The notes under the pieces: model-generated
The model's input: the letters and a program-made list of their open reading frames with translations, nothing else
The model's database searches: none
Told to the model about the DNA's origin: nothing
Assembly (NCBI GenBank): GCA_027343665.1
Contig: DAHWKL010000002.1
Coordinates: forward strand, 45,386 to 109,385
DNA length: 64,000 bases
Direction: 5' to 3'
From: an archaeon
GTDB lineage: Archaea; Nanobdellota; Nanobdellia; Pacearchaeales; GW2011-AR1
Program-made: the position numbers and the translations under genes
Shown here: positions 18,967 to 28,666 of the stretch, piece after piece
Layout: each line of letters begins with the position of its first letter
Position numbering within the stretch: the stretch's first letter is position 1

Positions 18967-19296
18967 ATGAAAACAAGAGCTCACTCAAAAGGCTTGGAAG
19001 TTGAAGTCGAAACAGACCTTCAGGGCATCTTGAGCATAAGGAAAAATTCTTTTGAAACAATTCTTGAATTCAGAGATTATGATGGAAAGAATAGACTGAT
19101 TCCAATTTCAATAAATTATTCACAAAATCAAGAATACCCAATTGTCGCGGAAATAAAGCCAGAAGGTACATACTTTGGAAAAGCAGAAAGGATAAGATTC
19201 ATTGTTAATGAAGAATACATAAAACAGCTCACAGCCAACCAAGAATGCGATGACAGATTTCTGTGTTCCGGAAGACTCAAGATAAGATTTGATTAA
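18967..19296 (+). CDS. hypothetical protein
   Basis: 109-aa ORF, no motif recognised. Confidence 0.45.
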   Translation: MKTRAHSKGLEVEVETDLQGILSIRKNSFETILEFRDYDGKNRLIPISINYSQNQEYPIVAEIKPEGTYFGKAERIRFIVNEEYIKQLTANQECDDRFLCSGRLKIRFD

Positions 19297-19700
19297 AACT
19301 TTTGGGAGTTGAGGTACTCTTTAAGATTTTTGCAAGATCTCCTGGTGCTTTCTTCCTGCCCTAAAAGGATCAAGCTATCCCCGCAAGTCATCGGATTTTC
19401 TTTTCTGAGGACACCGTTTTTTAAAATGTAAGAACTGACATCCGGGTTTCCGGGCCATGGTTCAGTATCACTGAATCCAAAGATATCCATAATCTTTTCC
19501 TGTGTTTGGACATTCCCCCATAAAACCGATAAAACGTAATCAAAACCGCTTAAATCTTTATAAGAGCGCATGAGACTGAGCTCAGAGTAGATTCTCGCAT
19601 ATTTTATAGAACCGTAAAGTTCCTTAAAACCTGCAGAATGGAAGAAAACCTTTGCTGGAAAAATAACATTTCTCATATGATCCCCATAAAATATTCCCAT
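19293..19700 (-). CDS. hypothetical protein downstream of rad50
   Basis: 135-aa ORF on the same strand as rad50-mre11. No motif recognised. Confidence 0.5.
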   Translation of the reverse strand: MGIFYGDHMRNVIFPAKVFFHSAGFKELYGSIKYARIYSELSLMRSYKDLSGFDYVLSVLWGNVQTQEKIMDIFGFSDTEPWPGNPDVSSYILKNGVLRKENPMTCGDSLILLGQEESTRRSCKNLKEYLNSQKF

Positions 19701-19747
19701 AAAATCAGTTGCCAGAACTGATTTATAAAGATTATTGTGATAAGTAA

Positions 19748-21793
19748 TTATTCTTTCCCGCTGACTCCATAATTCTTCTTGAATCTTATGACATTCTCAA
19801 CAAACCCTTCTATCTTCTGTTCATGAGAAACTATTATCAATTGCCTCACATTAAGCTGTTCAAGAACACCTCTCATTTTGTCAAGCTGCTGTTCTGAAAA
19901 TCCGTCTGTCGGCTCATCCAGAATCACAATCTCTTTTGTTTTTATTTTGCTCATAATCGAATTTATAACCTGATTAAGTGCGAGCCTGTAAGCAAGTGCG
20001 ATTGCAGTTCTCTCACCGCCGGACAAAAATTCATAATCAAGTTCATAATCTTGCTGTTCAATTATAGGAGTAAAATCATCAGTCAACCGCACATTAAAAT
20101 TGTCCGTGACAAGTGTCTGGAACCATTCAGCAAAAAGCGATGAGAACTCCTTTTTTAATGAATTCATTACATTCTTCTCTAAAAAAGAAATGACTGGGAT
20201 AAATTTTTTATTTAGCCAATTCTCAAGCTCTGTTATATACATAAGTTTCTTCTTTATTATTTCCATTTTTTCAACTTTTTCCCTAAGCTCGATTATTGAG
20301 CGTGTATAAACTTCTATTTCTTTTTTCAATTCTGCAAGTTTTATCTCAGATATCTTCTCTTGTTTCATTGAATCCCTGAGCTCTTTCTCTTTCTCCTCAA
20401 AAGCGGCATCAAATTTAGACAGGGAAAATATGGCATCATTAATTGCAGTTGTATGCTTATCAAGAAGAAGGATATCTCTTATCAGAAGTTCGTTTTCCTT
20501 ATCAAGATCTGAAATTCTCTTTTCCTTTTCGGCCACACCTTCAAGTTTTGTCTTTAATATTCTGAAATCTGTAAACTCCTGCTCTTTCTCTGAAATTTTT
20601 TTCTCAAAATCTTTAAGTTTCTCAAAAAGCTCCTTTCTCCCGGTTTCAAGATCTTCAATCTTTCTTGTTGAGACTGAAATTTCATTATATGATTTATTCA
20701 GCACATTGGCCCTATGAACCGAATCTACTTCCTGATAACAGGTGGGACATACTTGCAGATCAGAAAGGTTATCATGAACTTTTTTATGCTCCTCTATTCT
20801 GATCTTAAGGCTCTGGATTTCAGAGTTTATCTTTAAGTCCTTTTCATAAAATTTATCTTTTTCTTTCTTAAGTGAAGAGATTTCATTCTGAATCTCATAA
20901 AATGAATTTTCGTCAAATCTTACATTCTTGAAACTGCTTATTTCAGTTTTGAGCTCTTTTATCCTCTTATCATTTTTTGAAACGCCCTCTTTTTTTGAAA
21001 GAAGCATTACTTTTGATTTGCCAAGCTCCTGCTTGAGTTCGTTTTTCTCCTCGATTTTTTTAGATATATCATTTTTTTCTTTTTCTTTTATTTTCCTGAT
21101 TGCAGCTTTTTCAGCGAACTCTTTCTCAAGAGGCTTTATAGAAATTTTCATCCCTTCAAGTTCAGATTCTTTTCTGGCAATATTTTTCTTTTCATCATCA
21201 AGATTTATCGTGACTCCTTCCATGACCCTTCTCTCTTCACGCAGTTTCAATCTCAGAACATCAGCATTTTCGATTATTGTTTTATATTTATCAATGCCAA
21301 ATATATGCCTTAGCGTATTTAGCCTGACTTCAGCATCTTCAGTCACAATCTCTTTCATAGATTCTTGCGGAGTGTAAACAGTGAATTTATACAGAAGATT
21401 CTGCTTTTTTGAAAACTCTGACGGATAGTTCAGAAGATCAAGAACTCTCTGTTTCAGTTCAGTCACTGCAAGCTCTTCCTTTTTTCCATCAATTGTTATT
21501 GCAGAATAATCCTGTGAGATAGTTTTCCCTCTTTTCAAAGTTCTTTCGATTATGACCTCTTTATCATCAACTTCAAAAGTAAGAGTTACCCCGCCTTCAT
21601 CTTTTCCATTCCTTAAAATTGCCGAACCTTTTTGACCCGGCTGAAGACCAAAGAATCCAAATTCTATTGCAAGAAGGACAGAAGTCTTTCCGGAACCAAT
21701 ATCTCCTGAAAGAAGCGTAGAGCCAGAAGGAAATTCAACCTCTTCATGCTCATAACTTCTTATATTGTTCAAAACCACCTTTTTGATTATCAT
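19748..21793 (-). CDS. rad50: DNA double-strand break repair ATPase Rad50 (compact, 681 aa)
   Basis: Walker A GDIGSGKTS, zinc hook CPTC in the coiled coil, signature LSGGERTAIALAYRLAL, Walker B IVILDEPTDG. Confidence 0.9.
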   Translation of the reverse strand: MIIKKVVLNNIRSYEHEEVEFPSGSTLLSGDIGSGKTSVLLAIEFGFFGLQPGQKGSAILRNGKDEGGVTLTFEVDDKEVIIERTLKRGKTISQDYSAITIDGKKEELAVTELKQRVLDLLNYPSEFSKKQNLLYKFTVYTPQESMKEIVTEDAEVRLNTLRHIFGIDKYKTIIENADVLRLKLREERRVMEGVTINLDDEKKNIARKESELEGMKISIKPLEKEFAEKAAIRKIKEKEKNDISKKIEEKNELKQELGKSKVMLLSKKEGVSKNDKRIKELKTEISSFKNVRFDENSFYEIQNEISSLKKEKDKFYEKDLKINSEIQSLKIRIEEHKKVHDNLSDLQVCPTCYQEVDSVHRANVLNKSYNEISVSTRKIEDLETGRKELFEKLKDFEKKISEKEQEFTDFRILKTKLEGVAEKEKRISDLDKENELLIRDILLLDKHTTAINDAIFSLSKFDAAFEEKEKELRDSMKQEKISEIKLAELKKEIEVYTRSIIELREKVEKMEIIKKKLMYITELENWLNKKFIPVISFLEKNVMNSLKKEFSSLFAEWFQTLVTDNFNVRLTDDFTPIIEQQDYELDYEFLSGGERTAIALAYRLALNQVINSIMSKIKTKEIVILDEPTDGFSEQQLDKMRGVLEQLNVRQLIIVSHEQKIEGFVENVIRFKKNYGVSGKE

Positions 21794-21848
21794 GAATTTA
21801 GGAAAAACCCGGACTTTTTAAGGATTAATGTGAAGAAATGAGGCCTTG

Positions 21849-23012
21849 TCAGTCAAGATCCAGGATTTTCCTTGAATCTTCAAGCAGTCGGGAATTAAAA
21901 GAATCAACGGTCTCACCTTCCTGTTTCTCTGCTGAAAGTATGTGCATCAGCTGCGGAATGAGTCCATTAAATTCGGATGGGTTCTCTTTTGAATACCTCT
22001 TTATAGCTTCATCTTCCAGATTCTCTTGATTTTTCACCTCGATATCAAGATCCACTTCACTAGTTTTCAGATCATGAGTATTTTTCAGGAAAAAATAAGC
22101 TCCATTCTCAAAGCAAAAGTTTTCTATTTTTTCCATCTTTATATCAGAAGTCTTCTGATTATCAATTGTGCCTGAAAGCCTCAGCAAAACAAGTTTATCT
22201 TTTAGATTTTTCTTGGAAAGCTCTGCAATTATTTCATCTGTCGCCGTGAGAGCATTTTTCACGGCAATGTCCAGTATGACCAAATCTTTCATCCTAAGAT
22301 CTATTTTCTCGAAGGGGTTTCCAAGTTCTGTATCGACAATGTAAAAGCTTCCGTTTTCAAGTGTTTCTATCTCTCCAAAATTATTCGGAAAAACAGGGCC
22401 AGGATAAATAAGATTCCTGTACCTGAAGTCGACATGTATGTGCCCCAATGCGTAATAATTAGCTTCAGGAAGCTTGTCAAATTCGACGCAATCAATAGGC
22501 AAAACTCCGCGAACTTTGTCCATTGTAGTATGGAGCATAAGTATCTTGAACATTCCAGGGGCATCCTCGAGTTTTATCTTCTTTATTTCGGGGACTTCAA
22601 GCCCCGACTTCTTCCCAGGATAGCCATATATAGCAATCCCGTTCCAGATTGTCGGAGAAAGAATTATTTCATCATATTTTATTTCTCCCTTGAAAACATT
22701 CCTGCAAAATCCTGCTTTTTCTAAAACATCAAGGAAGGTCTTTCCGGAAACCGAATAGTCATGTGATCCGGCGATAATAAAAACAGGAATTTTTGCATCT
22801 TTGAGTCTTTTGAATTCAGCAAAAGTTTCCTTTAAAGTCTCTATAGGGGGATAAGCTGAATCAAAAAGATCCCCCGCGACAAGAACAAAATCTACTTTTC
22901 TCGATATACAAGTATCTATAACTTTCTGAAATGCCATGAAGTTAAGTTCTTGCATAGGTCCCTGTCTCCAGCCCCCCAAATGCACATCCGCAAAATGAGC
23001 GAAATTCACCAT
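21849..23012 (-). CDS. mre11: DNA repair nuclease Mre11
   Basis: Phosphoesterase motifs ADVHLG, GDLFD, GSHD, MLHTT, GHIH. Confidence 0.9.
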   Translation of the reverse strand: MVNFAHFADVHLGGWRQGPMQELNFMAFQKVIDTCISRKVDFVLVAGDLFDSAYPPIETLKETFAEFKRLKDAKIPVFIIAGSHDYSVSGKTFLDVLEKAGFCRNVFKGEIKYDEIILSPTIWNGIAIYGYPGKKSGLEVPEIKKIKLEDAPGMFKILMLHTTMDKVRGVLPIDCVEFDKLPEANYYALGHIHVDFRYRNLIYPGPVFPNNFGEIETLENGSFYIVDTELGNPFEKIDLRMKDLVILDIAVKNALTATDEIIAELSKKNLKDKLVLLRLSGTIDNQKTSDIKMEKIENFCFENGAYFFLKNTHDLKTSEVDLDIEVKNQENLEDEAIKRYSKENPSEFNGLIPQLMHILSAEKQEGETVDSFNSRLLEDSRKILDLD

Positions 23013-23093
23013 TTTTAGGTTCTCCTTGAAATATGAAAAAGCCCGAGGTATTTAAAGATTGATGGATTGCAAGGACATTAATCTAAGCTTAAT

Positions 23094-23750
23094 CTATAAC
23101 TTAATGCCCTGAACACCATACCATGCGGGACCAACATCAAAACGTTCAATTGATATGAAACCATGACTCAAGAAAAATTTTTCTAGTTTATCCGGGGAGA
23201 ACCGGTAAAATGACCCGTGACTGGTCTCAGTCACATTATTATTGATTTTCGAAATCGAAATCCCTATTGATTCATAATATTTTCTAAGAAAGCCCAAATC
23301 CTTTTTCCATGTGATTGCTAAGGCTATTCCGCCCTGCTTCAGTATCCTGCGTTTTTCCTCCATTAAGTCAGATAAATTTCTCGGGGGAATATCCCCCACA
23401 AGATTGTAAGTCGAAAAACACATATCCATAAATCCATTTGGGAATTTTGTGTCTGCAATATCTCCATACTTTATGTTTACATTAGGTAAATTTGCAGTTC
23501 TCCTTAAAGCTTCCAAAACCATCTTTGAATCATAGTCAATTCCATAAAATGTATTTTTCGGATAATTGCCTGCGATATTTTGTAAGGTTCTTCCCGCCCC
23601 ACATCCAAATTCAACAATTTTTTTTGCTCCTGAAGATTTTATCAGTTTGGTAATAAATTCACCCTCTTGCTTAAAAGTTCCTTCCATCTCCGGTAGAGGA
23701 TTGTCTATAGCTCTTAGATACTCTTTGAAATATTCTTTATCTGTCTCCAT
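23094..23750 (-). CDS. class I SAM-dependent methyltransferase
   Basis: Motif I VEFGCGAGR. Confidence 0.7.
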   Translation of the reverse strand: METDKEYFKEYLRAIDNPLPEMEGTFKQEGEFITKLIKSSGAKKIVEFGCGAGRTLQNIAGNYPKNTFYGIDYDSKMVLEALRRTANLPNVNIKYGDIADTKFPNGFMDMCFSTYNLVGDIPPRNLSDLMEEKRRILKQGGIALAITWKKDLGFLRKYYESIGISISKINNNVTETSHGSFYRFSPDKLEKFFLSHGFISIERFDVGPAWYGVQGIKL

Positions 23751-23834
23751 GCAACCCCCCAGTAACTACTGATAATATATTTAGTTAGATAAAAATTGCA
23801 CAAAAAGAAGATTTATATATTAAAATCTGCTTAT

Positions 23835-24809
23835 ATGAACAACATGCAATCAAAATTGGATTTGAAAGACAAAAAACTCCTTTTCGAAATGGACTTTGAT
23901 TCGAGGAGAACTTATGCGGAGCTCGCAAGAAAGTTAAGGATGAGCAAAAGAGGGGTGGAATACAAGATTAATAATCTAGAGAAAAAAGGAATCATATCCG
24001 GTTACTCTCCGATAATAAATTTACAGAGATTGGGATACTCTTACTTCAGGATATTCATAAAATTTCAAAACCTGACAAAAAAGATCAAATCAGATATAGA
24101 AAGTTATGTCAGGAACAGAAAAAAAGTTGGGTGGTTCATATGGTATCACGGATTTTACGATGCTGGCTTCACAATATGGGCAAAGACCGTAACGGAGTTC
24201 AAAGAAGAAGCGAACGAATTTTATTTCAAGTTCCATAAAAACATTCTGAATCGGCTCGAATCCATAAGCTCGGAAGTCAACTTTTACAAAAGCAGGTACT
24301 TATTGGGAAATTCGAGCGAGGATAAAATAAGGATAGAAGAAAAAAGCAAAGAGATAGAGATAGATGAACTTGACAAAAAAATTTTGAGATTATTGGTACA
24401 TGACCCGCGGTTATCCCTGGTAAATTTGTCTGAAAAATTAAAAGAACAACCAAAGAGGATCTCTTACAGGATAAAACGGTTGTGTAAGGAAAAAGTTCTC
24501 CTTGCAATAAGACCTGTAGTGAACCATGAAATTATTGGAAAGATATATTACAAAGTTTTCATATACCTGACAAATGTAAGTAAAGAGGAGACAAGGAATC
24601 TCGAGGAGAACCTTGAAAAAGACCCAAGAGTTATATATAATGTAAAAGCCTTGGGCACAGGGGATTTAGATATTGAGCTTATGGTTGATTCAAACCAAGA
24701 GTTTTTCGACTTTATAGAAAAACTTGAAGACAAATTACCAGGAGCGATAAAGGATTATCAATCAATGATACTTTCAAAAACGGTAAAGTCTGAATTCCTT
24801 CCATTCTAA
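23835..24809 (+). CDS. tandem two-unit Lrp/AsnC-family protein (paralogue of 1070..2044)
   Basis: ORF 23796..24809 starts with TTG. ATG 23835 sits about 20 nt after ATTTATATATTAAAA. Two HTH units: KDKKLLFEMDFDSRRTYAELARKLRMSKRGVEYKINNLEKKGIISGY and LDKKILRLLVHDPRLSLVNLSEKLKEQPKRISYRIKRLCKEKVL. Confidence 0.7.
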   Translation: MNNMQSKLDLKDKKLLFEMDFDSRRTYAELARKLRMSKRGVEYKINNLEKKGIISGYSPIINLQRLGYSYFRIFIKFQNLTKKIKSDIESYVRNRKKVGWFIWYHGFYDAGFTIWAKTVTEFKEEANEFYFKFHKNILNRLESISSEVNFYKSRYLLGNSSEDKIRIEEKSKEIEIDELDKKILRLLVHDPRLSLVNLSEKLKEQPKRISYRIKRLCKEKVLLAIRPVVNHEIIGKIYYKVFIYLTNVSKEETRNLEENLEKDPRVIYNVKALGTGDLDIELMVDSNQEFFDFIEKLEDKLPGAIKDYQSMILSKTVKSEFLPF

Positions 24810-24842
24810 AAACCTTTTAAACTATTCATTTTTCTTACGTTT

Positions 24843-25544
24843 ATGAAACCCATTTTATTCAAATCGAAATTGCTGGAAATAGAGAATGTGAACCCTGAGA
24901 CAAAGATCCTTACTTTCTCAACTCCAAAAGATTTTGAATTCTCGGCAGGCCAGTATGTCATGATGGCTTTTTACAAAGACGGAAAAAGAGTACTGCGCTC
25001 TTATTCTATGTTCTCCCCACCGAGCGAAAAAGGCAGGATAAAAATTTATTTCAAGATAGTAAAAGAAGGTTACTCTTCGAATTACCTTTTCAATATGAAA
25101 GTGGGGGAAGAGATAGAGATGAAAGGGCCATTGGGAATTTTCACCGTAAAAGAAAAAGACAAAGACATCTTTATGATCTCCGCGGGAACCGGGTTCGCTC
25201 CTTTCATGAGTATGACTAAAGACTTAATAGAAAAGAGATTCAAAAATAAGATAATCCTTATAAGAGGTTTCAGAAAAGAGGAAGACTTATGCTGTGAAAA
25301 AGAATTAAAAAGACTATCCCAAGAAAATAAAAATTTTGAATATTATAATATATTGAGCCAACCAGAAAACAAAAAACATCCTTTAATTGGTCATGCACAG
25401 GATTTCTTGGAAAAACTGACTCCGAAAGATTTCAAAGGAGATTTTTATATATGCGGTTTGAAAGAGATGGTTTTAGAAACAAGAGAAAAATTATTGTCTT
25501 CAGGAATCTCCCCTGAAAGGATCCATTTTGAGAGATACGATTAG
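24843..25544 (+). CDS. FNR-like FAD/NAD(P)-binding oxidoreductase
   Basis: RxYS (LRSYSMFS) FAD motif and ISAGTGFAPF NAD(P) motif. No Fe-S tail. Confidence 0.7.
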   Translation: MKPILFKSKLLEIENVNPETKILTFSTPKDFEFSAGQYVMMAFYKDGKRVLRSYSMFSPPSEKGRIKIYFKIVKEGYSSNYLFNMKVGEEIEMKGPLGIFTVKEKDKDIFMISAGTGFAPFMSMTKDLIEKRFKNKIILIRGFRKEEDLCCEKELKRLSQENKNFEYYNILSQPENKKHPLIGHAQDFLEKLTPKDFKGDFYICGLKEMVLETREKLLSSGISPERIHFERYD

Positions 25545-25574
25545 ATTTAAGTAGTTTGGGAATTTTTTGGTTTT

Positions 25575-26183
25575 ATGAAGATAGAAACACCAAGACTGAT
25601 TTTAAGGGAACCAAAGATGACCGACTGGAAAGACTTAGTTGAAGGGCTCAACGACAAAGATACTTCAAAATATCTTGCGGCTGTCGCTTTCCCTTACAAA
25701 GAAAAAGATGCAAAAGAATGGATAAAACATTGCATCAAAGAATGGAAAGAAAAAGGAAAAACATCCTACCATTTTTTTATTGAACTAAAATCAGAAAAGA
25801 AGATTATTGGAGCTATAGATATTGCAAATTACAGTAAGCAACACAAAACCTGTGAAACTGGATCCTGGATAAATAAAGGATATTGGAGAAAAGGTTATAT
25901 AATGGAAGCGAAGATTGCTGCGAATGAATTCGCTTTTAACAAACTGAAAGTCCGGAAAATGGAAACAGGAGTTTACAAAGAAAATATCGCAAGCAATAAG
26001 ACCCAAATATCAATTGGTTACAAATATGAAGGTTGTAAGTTAAAACACCATATTGCAAAATCCACTGGCAAAATCCACGATGAAAATTTTTATGGTCTCC
26101 TTAAAGAAGATTGGAAAAGGAATCTTCCAAGATTAAAAAAACATCTGCAGATGAAAATAAAAAATTTGGAGAGTAGAAAATGA
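25575..26183 (+). CDS. GNAT N-acetyltransferase (RimJ/RimL-like)
   Basis: ETPRLILREPKMTDWKDL N-terminus and a WRKGY region typical of the family. Confidence 0.65.
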   Translation: MKIETPRLILREPKMTDWKDLVEGLNDKDTSKYLAAVAFPYKEKDAKEWIKHCIKEWKEKGKTSYHFFIELKSEKKIIGAIDIANYSKQHKTCETGSWINKGYWRKGYIMEAKIAANEFAFNKLKVRKMETGVYKENIASNKTQISIGYKYEGCKLKHHIAKSTGKIHDENFYGLLKEDWKRNLPRLKKHLQMKIKNLESRK

Positions 26184-26728
26184 AACGTGTATATTTAATC
26201 CACGGCTGGGGCTTCGATTCCAAGATGCCCTGGATTGTCTGGCTCGAAGGAGAGCTCAGGAAAAAAGGCGTTGAAGTTCATTCTTTTGATATGCCCAACA
26301 CAGACCATCCAAAAATTGAGGAATGGGTCAAGTATCTTGAGAAAAACGCCAAAGATATTGACAATGAGACTTATTTTGTAGGACATAGCATAGGTGCTCA
26401 GACAATAATGAGATTCCTTGAAAAACTTCACAAGCACACAAAAGTCGCGGGATGCATTTTTATAGCTCCATGGCTTGACTTAATTGGGCTTGAGTCAGAA
26501 GAGTTGGAAATTGCTCATCCATGGTTAGACAACAAAATAGACTTTGAGAGAGTTCTTGATCATACAGGAAATATAACTTGCATATTTTCTACAAATGATA
26601 AGTATGTCTCAAGAGATGAATGGGATAAATTCAGAAAAAATTTAAAGGCCAAAATAATCGTGAAAAAAGATAAGAACCACTTCGAAGCTGCCGTTGAAAT
26701 TCCTGAAGTTTTGGAAGCTATTAAGTAA
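26180..26728 (+). CDS. alpha/beta serine hydrolase (YdeN/RBBP9-like)
   Basis: VYLIHGWG and nucleophile elbow VGHSIGA. ATGA overlap with the GNAT gene. Confidence 0.65.
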   Translation: MKRVYLIHGWGFDSKMPWIVWLEGELRKKGVEVHSFDMPNTDHPKIEEWVKYLEKNAKDIDNETYFVGHSIGAQTIMRFLEKLHKHTKVAGCIFIAPWLDLIGLESEELEIAHPWLDNKIDFERVLDHTGNITCIFSTNDKYVSRDEWDKFRKNLKAKIIVKKDKNHFEAAVEIPEVLEAIK

Positions 26729-27151
26729 TCATTTGAAAAGATAATTCCAAACTTTCCGAAAAATTTCCTTTTGATTATCGAACTCAAACAAATCTATGGC
26801 CTCATCATAACTCGCCCACTTGGAATCCGAATGCTCTTCTGAGAGAATAACCTTTTCTTCATGAGGAATCTTAGCCAGCAGATAATGATAATCTTTGAAG
26901 ACTTCCTCTCCGGAATCTTTAGTGTAAGAATATTTGTAATTCGCGGAAAACCCATTGTCAAAGTTTAAGTCATCAATTCCTGTCTCTTCAAGAGCTTCCC
27001 TTTTCGCCGCCGTGCGATCTTTCTCCCCATCTTCAATCTTTCCTTTTGGAAAATCCCAATGCTTCTGCCCGAAAACTTTGTATTTAACCAAGAGGAATCT
27101 CTTTGTACTACCACAGAAGATTATTACTGCAACTCCTTTCTCAAATTTCAT
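26729..27151 (-). CDS. Nudix hydrolase
   Basis: Nudix box GKIEDGEKDRTAAKREALEETGI. Confidence 0.85.
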   Translation of the reverse strand: MKFEKGVAVIIFCGSTKRFLLVKYKVFGQKHWDFPKGKIEDGEKDRTAAKREALEETGIDDLNFDNGFSANYKYSYTKDSGEEVFKDYHYLLAKIPHEEKVILSEEHSDSKWASYDEAIDLFEFDNQKEIFRKVWNYLFK

Positions 27152-27173
27152 AATCCCGAAAAGAGATTGACTA

Positions 27174-27689
27174 TTATAAACTTAATTCCCAAACTTCCAA
27201 CTTTTCAAAAAACAATTTTTTCTCGCCTAAAATCTTCTTTTTGTAATCCAGCCATTTTATTCCAGAAGTCAGGGATGAAACCAAAAGGAAAATCTTTCCA
27301 TTAGGCAAAAGATGTTTACGCGCCTGCGATAAGAATTCATTTATAACTTCAGATCCTTTTTTACCACCAGTTGTAGCAAGTGATGACTCATCATCTTCCC
27401 GCAAGTCTTTTGGAAGGTAAGGAGGATTAAAGATTATCGCATCAAACTTTTCATTAACATTTGAAAAAAGATCTGAATAAAAGATGTCTAATCCTTTTTT
27501 CCTGCATAACCCCACTGCCTCTTTGTTAATATCAACACCACTCAAACTCTCAAAGCCACGTTTCTTTAAAGATTCAAGAAGATATCCTGAACCGACACCC
27601 ATCTCAAAAATTTTGAATTTTTTATCCAAAAGATTCTTCTCCAAAATTTCCGCCATTAAGTAAGAATCTTCAGCCGGAACGTATATCAT
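27174..27689 (-). CDS. HemK/Mtq2-like N5-glutamine methyltransferase
   Basis: VYVPAEDSYLM-type N-terminus, MGVGSGY motif I, IIFNPPY catalytic motif. Confidence 0.7.
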   Translation of the reverse strand: MIYVPAEDSYLMAEILEKNLLDKKFKIFEMGVGSGYLLESLKKRGFESLSGVDINKEAVGLCRKKGLDIFYSDLFSNVNEKFDAIIFNPPYLPKDLREDDESSLATTGGKKGSEVINEFLSQARKHLLPNGKIFLLVSSLTSGIKWLDYKKKILGEKKLFFEKLEVWELSL

Positions 27690-27694
27690 TAAAT

Positions 27695-28216
27695 TTATCC
27701 GAAAAGTCCATTAATAAAATTTACGAGCTCAGACTTAAACAAGAAGACTAAAGCAAGAATTCCCAAAAGAACCGCAAGAGTCACAACAAGCACAACAGTC
27801 AAAGCTTTACTTTTAGCATTTATTGGTTTGACGGGTTTGCTTTCATAACCAGAAATTTTTTGTACAACTTTTTTTGGCTCCTCTTTTTTCATTTCAAGGA
27901 ACCCCCCAGGAACTTTTGTCTCAGCTATTTTAGAAATTATCTTTTCATCTTTCTGGGGAGAAATTTTCTCTTGTGACTTAACGGTTTTATTTTCCTCAGC
28001 TGTTTTGACTTTTCCTTCGTTAAGAACCTGCGCCTCAGAAACGCCTTTTTGGAGATAAAGATAAGCCCTTGCGGCATCTTCAATTTCTTCTTTCTTATAA
28101 CCCGCCTGGTAAAAACTCATCATAGCCTGCTTTAAAGTCTGGCCTCTTTCAAGAGCACTTTTAAGCCCACCAAGAATCTCCTGATTTGTAAGGAGATATT
28201 CTTCCTCTTTTACCAT
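27695..28216 (-). CDS. hypothetical tail-anchored membrane protein
   Basis: Single C-terminal TM ALTVVLVVTLAVLLGILALVFLF with a charged linker. Confidence 0.5.
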   Translation of the reverse strand: MVKEEEYLLTNQEILGGLKSALERGQTLKQAMMSFYQAGYKKEEIEDAARAYLYLQKGVSEAQVLNEGKVKTAEENKTVKSQEKISPQKDEKIISKIAETKVPGGFLEMKKEEPKKVVQKISGYESKPVKPINAKSKALTVVLVVTLAVLLGILALVFLFKSELVNFINGLFG

Positions 28217-28259
28217 TAATAAAACAGGAATCAGTTGTTTAAAAATTTGTGCTTAGAAA

Positions 28260-28622
28260 TCAGTTAAGGAACATTTCCCACTTGCCCCAATCAGGCATGA
28301 CACCGGTAATCTCCTTCCATTCCCCAGAAAAATTCAGACCCCGCGAATCTTCAGAACAAAGCCCCTTGTAACTGAAGTTTTTTCTTATCGGATTGCAATA
28401 AGAGTTCACTTTGTAATTTTCGTAAAGTTTTTGAAAATCAACCTTTTCATCATCAATAGTTCCAACAATGTCAAAATCTCCATATTTATCTTTTCCATTC
28501 GCACTGAATCTTCCCGTGTTGGGATCATATTCACGGAACTCGACACTTGACACCAACTCCTGACCTTCGTTATGGAAGAGTATTTCTTTTTCTCCTTCCA
28601 AAAGGCATCTTCTTAAATCCAT
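28260..28622 (-). CDS. hypothetical protein
   Basis: 120-aa ORF, no motif recognised. Confidence 0.45.
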   Translation of the reverse strand: MDLRRCLLEGEKEILFHNEGQELVSSVEFREYDPNTGRFSANGKDKYGDFDIVGTIDDEKVDFQKLYENYKVNSYCNPIRKNFSYKGLCSEDSRGLNFSGEWKEITGVMPDWGKWEMFLN

Positions 28623-28666
28623 AAATCGAAAAGAAGAAAATGGTTTATAAAAATTTATATTCTAAA

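Noticed and set aside
20100-21377. + strand ORFs 20100..20309, 20430..20717 and 20928..21377
   Set aside because: Antisense to the rad50 coiled-coil region. Serine/phenylalanine-rich low-complexity translations mirror the K/E-rich coding strand.
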